In this document: positions 14,631-26,975 of the stretch, one piece after another
Numbering within the stretch: position 1 is the first letter of the stretch
Layout of the letters: the number at the start of each line of letters is the position of its first letter
From: Octopus sinensis
Lineage: Eukaryota
Length of the DNA: 64,000 bases
Direction of reading: 5' to 3'
Assembly: GCF_006345805.1 (NCBI RefSeq)
Contig: NC_043000.1
Coordinates: forward strand, 115,816,001-115,880,000
The notes under the pieces: model-generated
Told to the model about the DNA's origin: nothing
Seen by the model: the letters and a program-made list of their open reading frames with translations, nothing else
The model's database searches: none
Position numbers and translations under genes: made by a program

Positions 14631-15044
14631 TGTCTAGAATACAATTTACTCAACCGCATGCCAGATTTTACCATAACAATAAACACACATGCGGTTCAGT
14701 CGATTGCATTCACCGTTATAATTCAAGTGCCCCCGCCAAAATCACGGAAACAGATACTACATCAAAAATTAAATGCAGCATAATTACAATCAACTAATAA
14801 GGGTGAGAAAAGTGGATACTAATTAATAGTACCATCTTTTAACACCAAGTGGCTTAGTGCATAAAAGACCAGGAATATAATAAATTTTATACGTAAATAT
14901 AAGAGAGTTACCACTATGTGGTCGACTCTAGCACTAAAAATAGATCCGCTAGGTTTCAGCCACGAAGAATTGTTTCCGATGAAAGTTAGCACGACTATTA
15001 GCGTAAACGAACAGGGCAAATAAAGAATAACAAAAGTGCAGATT

Positions 15045-15123
15045 AATTCAGGACAATTGTTTCGTTATTAATAAATTATGCAATTTTACTCACACAACAT
15101 ATCCGTATCTCCTCAGCTGAATT
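15045..15123 (-). ncRNA. Type I hammerhead ribozyme, array unit 2
   Basis: Same as unit 1. Confidence 0.85.
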
Positions 15124-15537
15124 TGTCTAGAATACAATTTACTCAACCGCATGCCAGATTTTACCATAACAATAAACACACATGCGGTTCAGTCGATTGC
15201 ATTCACCGTTATAATTCAAGTGCCCCCGCCAAAATCACGGAAACAGATACTACATCAAAAATTAAATGCAGCATAATTACAATCAACTAATAAGGGTGAG
15301 AAAAGTGGATACTAATTAATAGTACCATCTTTTAACACCAAGTGGCTTAGTGCATAAAAAACCAGGAATATAATAAATTTTATACGTAAATATAAGAGAG
15401 TTACCACTATGTGGTCGACTCTAGCACTAAAAATAGATCCGCTAGGTTTCAGCCACGAAGAATTGTTTCCGATGAAAGTTAGCACGACTATTAGCGTAAA
15501 CGAACAGGGCAAAGAAAGAATAACAAAAGTGCAGATT

Positions 15538-15616
15538 AATTCAGGACAATTGTTTCGATATTAATAAATTATGCAATTTTACTCACACAACATATCCGTA
15601 TCTCCTCAGCTGAATT
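15538..15616 (-). ncRNA. Type I hammerhead ribozyme, array unit 3
   Basis: Same as unit 1, with a perfect gata/tatc stem II base. Confidence 0.88.
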
Positions 15617-15795
15617 TGTCTAGAATACAATTTACTCAACCGCATGCCAAATTTTACCATAATGATAAACACACATGCGGTTCAGTCGATTGCATTCACC
15701 GTTATAATTCAAGTGCCCCCGCCAGAGCCCGCCAAAATTCACGGAAACAGATACTACATCAAAAATTAAATGCAGCATAATTACAATCAACTAGT

Positions 15796-15856
<61 letters not shown>

Positions 15857-16464
15857 TGTGTATCATGGTTTGTCCTCCCACCATCGCTTGACAACAGATG
15901 TTGATGTGTTTACATCCCTGTAACCTAGCGGTTCGGCAGAAGAGACCGATAGAATAAGTACTAGGGTTACAAAGAATAAGTCCTGGGGTCGGTTTGTTCG
16001 ACTATAGGCGGTGCTGCAGCATGGCCACAGTCAAATGCCTGAAACAAAAAAAAAAATAACAGAAATAGATGAAGACACAGATATAATATGGCGCCGATCA
16101 AATACGGGTATGTGTTTATAACTCCTACTTAAAACCGGGTGGATTATGTTCATTTATAATTGAAGCAGAATTGGATTCCGTCATCTTGTCAGCAGACCGG
16201 CACCATATTGGTTGGCATTAATTATTTCTATTCAGCGTCATACATTAATGAGATTCAAGATAACAAATTGCTCAAACAACACACATACACACCCATACGC
16301 AAGCACACACACAAGCACGAACGCAAACACATATTCACAGGTGCACGCCTGCACACAGACGTACACACAAATACATACATAATACACACACACACACACA
16401 CACATATATACATACATATACACATATATGTATGTATGCATATATATATATATTTATTTATATA

Positions 16465-16676
16465 CAGGGTGGCCCAAAAGTAGGTTTACAGTTATTCGAC
16501 TATCTCTTTCGCATTCAAATATTAACAGTTTAGATCTTAATTATAAAAATATATGAAACCATTATTCTATGCTAATTTAGTTAATTGTAACATACAAATT
16601 TAAATGTAATAAGATGTTTGAAAAATAATTTAAAGTGCCTAAGTGACAACTGTAAACCTACTTTTGGGCCACCCTG
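16465..16676. mobile_element. Tc1/mariner MITE
   Basis: ~29 bp perfect TIRs cagggtggcccaaaagtaggtttacagtt with TA target duplication. Confidence 0.92.
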
Positions 16677-17296
16677 TATAAATATATCTGCCCCATCACT
16701 TAGACTCTATCACTACACATTTGTCACTCCTTTACCTTTTATTACCCACCATTCCTTCTATCTTTTTACACTCTAATACCTTTTCTCTCTCTATCACCCT
16801 TTATCTCCCCACCACCTACTTTCAAATTATCTCCACTGACCACTAACTGTATATCTTTGATTTTCTTTTTCCTTTTTTCTTTCTATCCTTTATTCCTATC
16901 TTTCTGTTTTTAAAAAAAACTTTTATTATTTTATTATTCTATTATTTTTCTTCTTACTCTCTCTTTTTCTCTTGCTTTTTCTCTTTCTTCATTACACTCT
17001 TCCTGCTTTCGATTTGACCTTACTAATACATTCCCTATTTTTAGCTCACTTTAAATAAAACCCTAGTTTCAATAACACTGTGTATAAACTCTATACTTGG
17101 AATGACCATTTTAAAATATTATTAGATTTTACTCGCAAGGTATTGGAATCTTATATGTATACCATTCTGCCTAAAAAATGGATCTACAAATGCAATATCC
17201 CTACATATCTCACATCTATTTTCTTTTCTTTCCCTACCTCACTCTCTATTTTATATCTTATCTAAATTACTTATTTCTTAACCATCCCCTCACACC

Positions 17297-17344
17297 GACT
17301 CCGATGAAGGGATATAATAAATATCCTGGAAACAGCTGTAAGAC
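17297..17344 (+). ncRNA. Hammerhead variant (CCGATGA core)
   Basis: gact-CCGATGA-a-ggata..tatcc-GAAA-cagctg-TA-agac. Confidence 0.65.
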
Positions 17345-17406
17345 CTTCTGTCTATAAATGCTCTAATATCTATACAGACTTGGTTTTTTTAATCTCATTA
17401 CGAAAA

Positions 17407-17479
<73 letters not shown>

Positions 17480-17540
17480 TTTTGCGTAATAAGATAAAAA
17501 ACAAAGGCTGTATAGATATTAGAGCATTTATATATAGAAG

Positions 17541-17592
17541 GTCTTACAGCTGTTTCTAGGATATTAATTAATAATATCCATTCATCGGAGAC
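17541..17592 (-). ncRNA. Hammerhead variant (CCGATGA core)
   Basis: Reverse complement is gtct-CCGATGA..GAAA-cagctg-TA-agac. Confidence 0.7.
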
Positions 17593-17703
17593 GGTGTGAG
17601 AGAAGTTAAGTCATAGTTAGTTTAGATGTGATACAAACAGAGAGTGAGGTGGAGGAAAGAAAATAGATGTAACTAACTATGACTTAATTTTTCCACTCAC
17701 ACC

Positions 17704-17755
17704 GTCTCCGATGAAGAGATATAATGAATAAATATCCCAGAAACAGCTGTAAGAC
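17704..17755 (+). ncRNA. Hammerhead variant (CCGATGA core)
   Basis: gtct-CCGATGA..GAAA-cagctg-TA-agac. Confidence 0.7.
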
Positions 17756-18219
17756 CTTCTATTTATAAATGCGCGAATATCTATACAGCCTTGATTTTTT
17801 TTTATATTATTACGCAAAAAATTCTTATAAACACACGCTGACATATAACCAACGTTGAACCCTTTATTCGCAATATTACCGAATCTGGAACATAACTATA
17901 GTCTGTCTATAGCACTTATTCCGCATTACCTGAAACCTTTGGGTCTTAATGACACCATTATCTATTATATATATATATATATATACATATTTATTTCATA
18001 TAATATTTGTAAACAAACGTGGAAGGCTTTGTAAGTTACAGGGGAGAAAGCTACTATGGAAGGCTCATAGTATAATAACAACAATATAATAATATAACAT
18101 AATAATTTTATCTTCTATTTGAAGCGACGTGTTAGGGTTGATTTGTGTGTTCGATTCTGGCTGGGGTTAGCTCATAATTTCTCAGTCATGTGTTCGGAGA
18201 ATAAAATATTACAATGATA

Positions 18220-18250
<31 letters not shown>

Positions 18251-18539
18251 TATAATATATATATATATAATATATATATATATATAATATATATATATAT
18301 ATGTTTATGTATGGATTTATGTGTGTCTTGGTGTCTGTTTGTTCCCCCACCGTCGTTTGACAACCGGTATTGGTGTCTTTACGTTTCTGTAATTTAGCGG
18401 TTCTGTAAAAGAGACCGATAGAATAAGTACTAGACTTACAAGATTTGTTCGACTAAAACATTTCAAAGCAGTACACCAGCATGGCCGCAGTCGAATGTCT
18501 GAATCATATGAAAAAATAAAAGAATACATACGTACATGC

Positions 18540-18950
18540 GAATGTTAACATAAAGCCGAAGATCAGTGAAAAAGAGAACACCTACGCTAAACTATTGAGA
18601 AATCTGCAGTTACTCTATCCAGATTACAAGTTTAAGTTTATACCTGTAATTATTTGGGGCCTTGGAATATGTAACACACTGCCTAAATACCACTCTTGAG
18701 AAATTAGGCTTCTCAAAACCAGAAAGGAGAAATCTAATTCAAAGACTACAGATCCAATCCATCACTGGAACTGTAAAAATCTGTAAAACTTTCCAGAAGT
18801 TTATCATTTAAATATATATGAGCATGTCTAGATATGCAACTATATGCATGAGAATGCATGTATAAAGCAAGACATACAAATCTGCACATATACATACATA
18901 CATGCATACATACATACGTACATATATACATACATACATACAAAAATACC
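18540..18950 (+). mobile_element. 3' end of an RLE-type (R4/Dong-like) non-LTR retrotransposon
   Basis: EKENTYAKLLRNLQLLYPDYKFKFIPVII..LEKLGF..IQRLQIQSITGTVKICKTF*, flanked by (CATA)n. Confidence 0.65.
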
Positions 18951-19731
18951 CTGGTGTGATAACCGACGCTAGTGTATTTACGTCGCTGTAACCTAGCACT
19001 TCGGCAAAAGGAGACCGATAGAATAAGTACTGGGCTTACAAAGAATAAGTCCTGGTGTTGATTTGCTCGACTAAAGGCGGTGCTACATCATGGCCACAGT
19101 CAAATGACTGAAACAAGTAAAAGAATAAAAGAATGTATATATATAAATATAAATATGTATATATATACATATATATATGTACACACACACACACACTGAC
19201 ACACACATATATATATATGTATGTACATTCGCACACACACATAGATGCAAATATATTATGCATTCATAGATGTACACAGCTATGGTTACATATATTTTTA
19301 CAGGATTTTGCCATAGATATTTACTCTCCAAGTCTCTGCAACACATATTGCAAGTCTAATGAGGGCCATCCGTCTGGGATTAATTTCACTAATTACTTCT
19401 ATTTAGCTTCACACATTAACGAGGTGTGAGCTAAGATACGTCTCGTTGTTTTCAACATCATATGGATGCAGAGAAGTGGAACTAAATTCCAACGCCTTAG
19501 CACGATAATTATAGCCCTTCATAGCCACCGTACATCACTACCATCGCCTGTGTCGTTAAACTTATATTTCACTCCCAGATTGAGTTTTATATCTGTGAGC
19601 TTAATGACGCGTGTTTATTTGTCATAAAGTATAAGCTAATGAGAACACCTTGTCGTTTCTCCATGTGCTTAAAATAGCAGCTAAACTACTGCTTGAGTGG
19701 CTAACGATAAACGATCAGCCACTTACTCCTA

Positions 19732-20045
19732 GGCGGCGAGCTGGCAGAATCGTTAGCACGCCGGGCGAAATGCGTAGCCGTATTTCGTCTGTCATTACGT
19801 TCTGAGTTCAAATTCCGCCGAGGTCGACTTTGCCTTTCATCCTTTCGGGGTCGATTAAATAAGTACCAGTTACGCACTGGGGTAGATATAATCGACTTAA
19901 TCCGTTTGTCTGTCCTTGTTTGTCCTCTCTGTGTTTAGCTCCTTGTGGGTAGTAAAGAAATAGGTATTTCATCTATTGCTACGTTCTGTGTTCAAATTCC
20001 GCCGAGGTCGACTTTGGCTTTCATCCTTTCGGGGTCGATTAAATA
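19732..20045 (+). mobile_element. SINE family 2, monomer plus partial repeat
   Basis: Homology to 13386-13620. Confidence 0.85.
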
Positions 20046-20079
20046 AATCCAGAATTGCTGTATTTTCTGTCGGTGGTCG

Positions 20080-20195
20080 AGTGTGGGTTTGGAGACTCTG
20101 TGATCAAGAATTTGACGTGAAAATATTTAAGCCAACAAAGAAACATGGCAACTATTCTGTGATAGTCTGGGGAGCAATTATATTGTATAATGCGT
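20080..20195 (+). pseudogene. Tc1 transposase fragment
   Basis: FKPTKKHGNYSVIVWGAI resembles the PTVKHGGGSVMVWG motif. Confidence 0.55.
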
Positions 20196-20367
20196 AGCGT
20201 GTATATTAGTGCAGGCATACGGAACATGCATATTAATGCAGACATATGCAAGAAATTATTATACATGGTAAATATATTTATATATTTATCTAATGACTTG
20301 TCATTTAACCAGGATGACAAGTGCTTGAATAAATATATTCACCACAAATAACTTTTGTTTTTTTTAT

Positions 20368-20412
<45 letters not shown>

Positions 20413-20447
20413 GCATATACGCATATGTGCTTATGTATATATATATG

Positions 20448-20481
<34 letters not shown>

Positions 20482-20596
20482 TGCGTATGAATATATATAC
20501 ACATTTGTTAATATACATATATATACATCTATATATATATGTATGTATACGTATGAATATATATACTATTTGTTAATACACATATATATACATATC

Positions 20597-20707
20597 CCTT
20601 TTAGGTGTTTTCGCTAAATAAACACGCACAACGCCCGGTCTGGGAATCGAAACCGCGATCCTACGACCGCGAGTCCGCTGCCCTAACCACTGGGCATTGC
20701 GCCTCCA
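20597..20707 (-). mobile_element. tRNA-derived SINE head (third family; relatives at 35590-35810 and 38050-38210)
   Basis: Reverse complement is ggcgcaatgcccagtggttagggcagcggactcgcggtcg..ggtttcgattccc. Confidence 0.65.
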
Positions 20708-20714
20708 CACACAC

Positions 20715-20758
<44 letters not shown>

Positions 20759-20778
20759 ATATATATATTATATATAAT

Positions 20779-20832
<54 letters not shown>

Positions 20833-20999
20833 GAGTAGTGAATGATTATCTTATTGATAATTCGGTTAACGATACCAAGGGGTAGCATTCCCCGTCAGAA
20901 AAACACGGTTGAAGCTACATGCCTAGGGCAGAAATCACGTAAGTACATTTTAGATAAATACATACCTATATAAATCAATAAGTTAAAACTCAGCCTATG

Positions 21000-22938
21000 G
21001 TCTAGCTCCACTCAAGTCGTAGAGTGCTTTTCTTCTATTACTAATAAGGACAGCACAAACTTCATTCAATTCCATATATCTAGTTTCTACCCTTCGATAA
21101 ACCCTAGTGCACTCAATAAGGCCCTATGGCACGCACATAATAAGGCAGGCCTCTCAAGGGAGGAAATTCATGTAATTTTAGCGGCTAGAAAATCCTTCAT
21201 AAAGTTCGATGATAAGTTATGGGTCCGCAGGGAAACCTCCAACGCGTTCGGTGTACTAATGGGAAGTACAGATAGCGCCCAGATACCCGATTTGGTCGGA
21301 ATCTATATTCTCTATGAATTGGCCGACTAATTCCCGGACATCTGCGGCGGTCTGTATCGAGACGATTGTCTACTTTACCTACAGAATGCTCCGAACAATA
21401 TGATACAGAAGACTAAAAACAGATTAGCTAGATTTTTTAGCAGAATGGGCTTGAGCATAGTTTTCGACGACGAATTAACTAAAGCCAACTTCTTAGATGT
21501 TACCCTAAATCTGCAGAATAATTCTTACTTCCCTTATCATAAGCCTTCTACTAATCTTAAATATATCAGCATTTTCAGTAACCATGCCAAAACTATCACC
21601 GATAATTTAGTTAAAAATATATCATTAAGACTATCAAATTTATCTGCTAATGTCGACATCTTTAACCAAAAAGCGGAATTTTATAACGCCGCCTTGTCAA
21701 AAGCCGGTTATAGAGATAAAGTATCATATATCGACCCGGCCCATTCTAAACCGATATATGCTTCTCAGGATAAGAAAGCTAATAACAATAGAAATAATGT
21801 AATAATGATTTCAGCTCTAACAACGTCGACACCACTACAACTAAACAAAATATTTACGGACCAAGGGAGGCAATCGGAAACAACAAAAATTCTCCAACAC
21901 AGAAATACTCCCTTTAATGTAAATGTTAACACTCTGAACTATTTTAAGTCCAAAAAAAACTATATCTGGTTTGTCATTCCTTTCGGGAAACAAATCAGGT
22001 CTAACCTCCCTTTACAGTTCCGTGAAGCCATAGCTAGAAACTTTCTCAGGAATTCTAGGTATTACTCTACTATCAATTCGCATAAGGTAAGGATTGCATT
22101 CTCCAACACTAGTAATCTATCGCAGATCATTGCCTCCCATAATAACAAGCTGCTAAATAAGGACTCATCACCCGGGAGTAGCGACACTGCCCTTACCAAT
22201 TCCAACCAAACATACAATAATAATAATAATAGAAATAGTATTGATAATAGCAACATTCATAACAGCGTTGGCATTAACAATAGTAATATTAATAATAATA
22301 TTAGTCGGATTATTAACAGTGGTAGTGTTAGTGGTAATAACGACAGCATTCCCAATAACAGTGGTAGTATTGATGATAACAACCCCAGCATTCCTATAGT
22401 CAGGGAAATTACCGACGATAGTACAATTAATAGTAATGATAATAATATAAATAGTATTGTGGTTAATGCTAGCAATAATATTAACACCAATCATAACAAT
22501 AAAAACTCCGTCTTAGTCTCGGAGGTAAACCCTAACAGATTAAAGTTCTTATCCAGCAATTCCAAAATTAGAAATTCCATTTACCAGTGCAAAATTTCTT
22601 CTGGTACCGATGTCTTCTTCTACATTGGGGCAACTACTTCTAAATTAGCACACAGGATCTCCAACCATTATTCAACTTTCCGAGATAAGAGAAAACAACA
22701 CAGCACAGGACTAAGTAAAATAATTTGGCGTCTTAAGGACAGCAATACAACTTTCAAGCTGGAATGGTCCATATTGTCTGTATCCTTTCCGTTTGATAAG
22801 GGCAGAAAATTTTGTGGCGTCTGTAATTCCGAACTTTTCCATATTTTGTTCGCCAAAGTCCCTTTAATAAATACAATGGTCGAGAAATCCTATAGATGCA
22901 TGCACTGGCAAAAACACACCTTTCACTCATATGAATAA
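21000..22938 (+). pseudogene. Penelope RT + GIY-YIG endonuclease ORF (in-frame TAA at 21328; open 21331-22938)
   Basis: YRDD, NFLDVTLNL..Y.PYHKP, SIYQCKI..YIGAT..RISNH, CGVC..E and RCMH motifs. Confidence 0.88.
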
Positions 22939-23487
22939 TGATTAATATAGATAACCTCCTTGAATTTTAATAATATAGTCCCATTTATATTTAACCCCAT
23001 AGTCAATTTTTATACTCTTAAAGGACTACTACCCAACCCTTTGTCTCTCTAACTCGCCCTCCTCTCTCTCTCTCTCTTTCCCTCTCTCTATCGTAAGCAC
23101 AATCAAACACACAGACACAAACCAGTCACTTCACCATTGTCTGTTTTTGGCATCTACCCATCCACACACACAATCACGCACACACATACACACACATAGC
23201 CATTAATGCAGTTATATACATACACACACATAGGCACTCATTCACAAAAGAAAACAACAAAATCACCATTCATTTGACCTGCACCCTTTCACCTTCCTAT
23301 TCTTAGGTCTCTCTCCTCCAACCTTGTTTGAACCCTTGAACCTTCTAGAATCTTCTACATTCAACCATTTTTGACGTCACTGCTTATAACGGAATATTTT
23401 AAAGAAACACTCATTACCGCTATGGGTTCCGTGTGGGCAGTCATCTAAAAGTTTTTGTGCATCTTGATGCTGACATAAGTTCCTTGT

Positions 23488-23570
23488 TTTTCCTGATGAG
23501 AAAGCGGCATAATGCACCCCTTATTCCTTCGAAATTAGCAATATGCAGCCTTCGAAACATATGTCGAAAA
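23488..23570 (+). ncRNA. Type I hammerhead ribozyme, family A, in the PLE pLTR
   Basis: ttttc-CTGATGA..GAAA-catatg-TC-gaaaa. Confidence 0.8.
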
Positions 23571-23627
23571 TAAAGGAATTTTGTTAATTCGTCGTTCAAC
23601 TCCATTCTTTCATTTATATATATATAG

Positions 23628-24797
23628 AGGCCATCCGGATTCCCGTTTGCGCCGTGAACAAGAATTAATCTTCTCTCTTCGCTCTTATACGCCATTTGGT
23701 CTCAACTCTCCCCCCTCCTCATCTAACCCCCCTCTCCCCCCTCCTCACCTATCCTTCCCCCCGACCCCTACTTCTTCAGTCCTTCATCCTTTCACCCCTA
23801 CTCCCCTTCCCTTCTTCCCGCTTTCTCCCTCCCTCCTTCCCTCTTCACCTTCCCTCTGCTCCCTCACTCCCCTTCTCTATCCCCCTCCCCTCTTTCCTCC
23901 TTCCTCCCCCCTCCTCATCCCCTTCCTTGTACCCCACCTCTCCCCTTCCCCCCTCTCCTTCCCCTCCCCTTCTCCCCCTCTCTCCTCACTACACCACACG
24001 ACTTTACACATCACATCATATATGATGTGCCATACTAATACAACACCAACTAATACATACTAATACGTACTAATACATACTAAACATACTAATACTACAC
24101 CAACCCTATACATACACACGTCCAGACCCCTCATACGCACTTACACTCTCTCATAACAACACACACACTTATACATACTAATACGTACTAATACATATAA
24201 TACATACTAATACATACACCAACCCCATACATACGCTGTCCAGACCTATCCTACGCACAATACTCTCTCATACACACACCACACTTACATACTAATACTA
24301 CTAATACATACTAATACATAATAATACATACCCAACCCTACATACGCCTGTCCAGACCTATCCTACGCACTAATACTCTCTCATCACACACAACACCACA
24401 CACACACACACACCCTTATACATACTAATACATACTAATACATACACCACCCCTATACATACACACGTCCAGACCCCTCCTACGCACTAATAGGTGGTCA
24501 TTCAACTCTATTATCAACCCTATTATCTCCCCTTATTTCGCTCTCGCGTCTCATGTTTGATCTTTGACTTCGGCTGAAATCAGATCGCCAGTTGATTCGT
24601 TAGCTACTGCACGCATTTTTTTTCTCTCCTTCTTTCTGTGTTTTTTTTCTCTCTGTGTATCTTTCTGTTGAAGAGCGTAGGCTCGAAACGTTAAAGACTT
24701 GTTTTATTTATATTTCCTGAGCGCCATACTAATACAATGTTGTTTGTTTTTTCCACCTGCCTTCGTCTTTTGTCTATTTTCATAAAGCTTCCCGTTA
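23628..24797 (+). mobile_element. 3' end of a second PLE (Neptune/Poseidon-like EN tail, pyrimidine tract, minisatellite, pLTR)
   Basis: RLRREQELIFSLRSYTPFGLN matches the GIY-YIG C-terminal RE..I..L....P.GLN motif. ~115 bp repeats at 24050-24490 and an HHR-like motif at 24660. Confidence 0.7.
24660..24697 (+). ncRNA. Minimal hammerhead variant (CTGTTGA core)
   Basis: tcttt-CTGTTGA-a-gagc-gtag-gctc-GAAA-cg-TT-aaaga. Confidence 0.6.
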
Positions 24798-24837
24798 ATA
24801 TATATAATATATATATATATAATATAGATATATATAT

Positions 24838-25100
24838 CCTTAAAAATGTTTTAGCCCGAAGGCCTCGGCCATGCTGGGGCACCACCGCTGAATGAGCTAC
24901 ACTAATATGTGAATCCACCTTGATACGTGGGACTTGATCAACAGAAGTTCGATGCCGCTGCCCGCATCTGTGTCTCCCGTCGTGAGGTAGGTTCATCTGG
25001 GACCCCGCAAGAAGAGATCCAGTTTAGTTTTAAAGAAACCCACATCCACACCATGCAAGTCTCTCAGGCATTTAGGGAGGATGTTAAAGAGCTGTGGTCT
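24838..25100 (-). mobile_element. CR1/L2-type LINE 3' end fragment
   Basis: [27 protein letters not shown] on the minus strand; homologous to 32828-33120. Confidence 0.75.
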
Positions 25101-25166
25101 TCTATATATATGTGTGTGTGTATGTATGTATATATGTATTTATGTATATATATATATGTATATATG

Positions 25167-25206
<40 letters not shown>

Positions 25207-25276
25207 CATACATATATATATGTATATATATACATATATATATATATATACATACATCTATATATATATGTATATA

Positions 25277-25307
<31 letters not shown>

Positions 25308-25317
25308 CTATATATAT

Positions 25318-25351
<34 letters not shown>

Positions 25352-25364
25352 CTATATATATATA

Positions 25365-25403
<39 letters not shown>

Positions 25404-26689
25404 GTATATTATATATATATACATATATATACATACATATATATATATATATGTATATATATATACATACATACATATGTATGTATGTATATATATATCA
25501 TAACGTAACACAATAATAACATTAGTTCTCGTATAGCATTCACGAATTTAAACAAAACAATAAGGCAAATATTTCAACGATGTCGAACAAAATCGATAAA
25601 ATTAAAATAACTTTAAAAGCAGCAACATATAAAAAATTTACTTTTCTTTGTTTCTCAATTCAATTATCTACTTATTTGTCTATTAATTTCCATCTGTTGA
25701 TACTCTCGCACCATGTTAACACAGACATAAAAGACACCGAAAAAGAAGAGGAAAGAAAAAGAAAAAAAATGAAAAAAAAATAATAAAAAATAACAACCCA
25801 ACGACAAAAAAAAACAATAAGTGATATCAAGAATGTAATTTTTTAAAAATAAAACTACTCTAATGGTTATTGAATGACAGAGAAGAGTAATTAAATAAAA
25901 TAATCTAAGATATTGTGGAAATGAAATAAAAAATATATATAATTAGATTTTTAAACAATAACAATAATAATAATAATAAATAGAAGAAAATCTATTATAG
26001 AAATATTAACAAATAAAATTACGGTAATTGTTAAAGTAAACAATAATTTATCAAAACGTTTAAAATGGAAAATAAAAAAGTATAATAGCTGGCTAATAAA
26101 AAATAGATTAAAGACCATAATAATTATGACCTTTGCGACTTTACTTTTATATTTCTCGCAAGCGGCGTGATAATGTGATTATAAACGGAAGTAGTTCAAT
26201 GATATCCGCCCAGTGAACTTCCGCTCTTTGTATCAAGTACGTTTCAGCTATTTTAATGATATTGCTATAGTAATTATTAACCTCGTGATGGAAACGGTGT
26301 ACAACGTTGTTTGTTTTCTTCTCAGTTTAGGGAATGCAGTTGCGTGATGTTCATGTCGTACTTATGTAAATTCGCATTGAACTGGGTGGAGGCCTGTCGG
26401 CTGGATTCATTTACGCTTCAAAGTAAATTCAGTCTATTACAGTGAAACCCCCCCCCTAAAAACAAAATAAAAAAGGGACTGTGTGGTCAGAGGCTTGCTT
26501 TCCAACCACATGGTCCCGGGTTAAGTCGCACTGTGTGGCACTTTGTGAGTGAATTTGGTAAACGGAAACTGAAAGAATCTCGTCGTACACACACATATGT
26601 ATATTATATAAAGATAGTTTTGGCCGGTCTATCAGGTTACCCTGAGCTTCACGTTCATGTCCATAAAACGCTTATTTTCTACATTTTAA

Positions 26690-26919
26690 GATGCACAAAG
26701 ATCTCGGTGGGCCAAATCGGATATGCGATGTTAGTGGGTTTCTTTTCAGTGCAATGTCTGGTTTAAGAAGCCACAGACGCCATGATGAATCTAATGTGGA
26801 GGTACGGGACGTGGTCAGACTTACATATGGAGTGGACAGCCACCATATATATATATATGATGGATCTAATGTGGAGGTACAGGACGTGGTCAGACTTACA
26901 TATGGAGTGGACAGCCACC

Positions 26920-26922
<3 letters not shown>
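26690..26922 (+). mobile_element. Probable RTE LINE 3' end with a duplicated ~66 bp tail
   Basis: CDVSGFLFSAMSGLRSHRRH resembles the terminal C2H2-like motif of RTEs. Direct repeats at 26782-26848 and 26857-26922. Confidence 0.45.

Positions 26923-26975
<53 letters not shown>

Larger units (their letters stand above)
14397..15793 (-). mobile_element. 493 bp tandem array (~2.8 units), retrozyme-like
   Basis: Period 493 (14585/15078/15571), nearly identical units, one HHR per unit. Confidence 0.9.
13820..16050 (+). mobile_element. CORE-like SINE split by ~1.85 kb of insertions in its (TA)n centre
   Basis: 5' half at 13820-13990 and 3' half at 15853-16050. Confidence 0.8.
16690..17965. mobile_element. 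Cluster of Penelope-type pLTR fragments in +/-/+ orientation
   Basis: Three homologous segments, each with an HHR motif. Confidence 0.7.
20831..23615 (+). mobile_element. 5'-truncated Penelope-like retroelement (Naiad-type) with an inverted pLTR piece at the 5' end and an HHR-bearing pLTR at the 3' end
   Basis: RT motifs FIQFHISSFYPSI, MGSTDSA and GLYRDD; GIY-YIG EN; HHR at 23488-23570; 20831-20945 matches the minus-strand pLTR segment at 8590-8710. Confidence 0.88.

Noticed and set aside
14585-15780. Repeated 66-70 aa ORFs as a small peptide gene family
   Set aside because: By-products of the 493 bp repeat; the third copy is frameshifted and has no recognisable motif.
20620-20707. Functional tRNA gene
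   Set aside because: No clean acceptor stem or terminator, and it runs into a SINE body; the same applies to the other tRNA-like heads.
21000-22941. Selenoprotein recoding, as reported for some Naiad elements
   Set aside because: The only internal stop is TAA, there is no in-frame TGA within the ORF, and no SECIS was recognised.
23581-24063. Pro/Ser-rich 160 aa protein
   Set aside because: Read-through of a pyrimidine tract after the PLE endonuclease tail.
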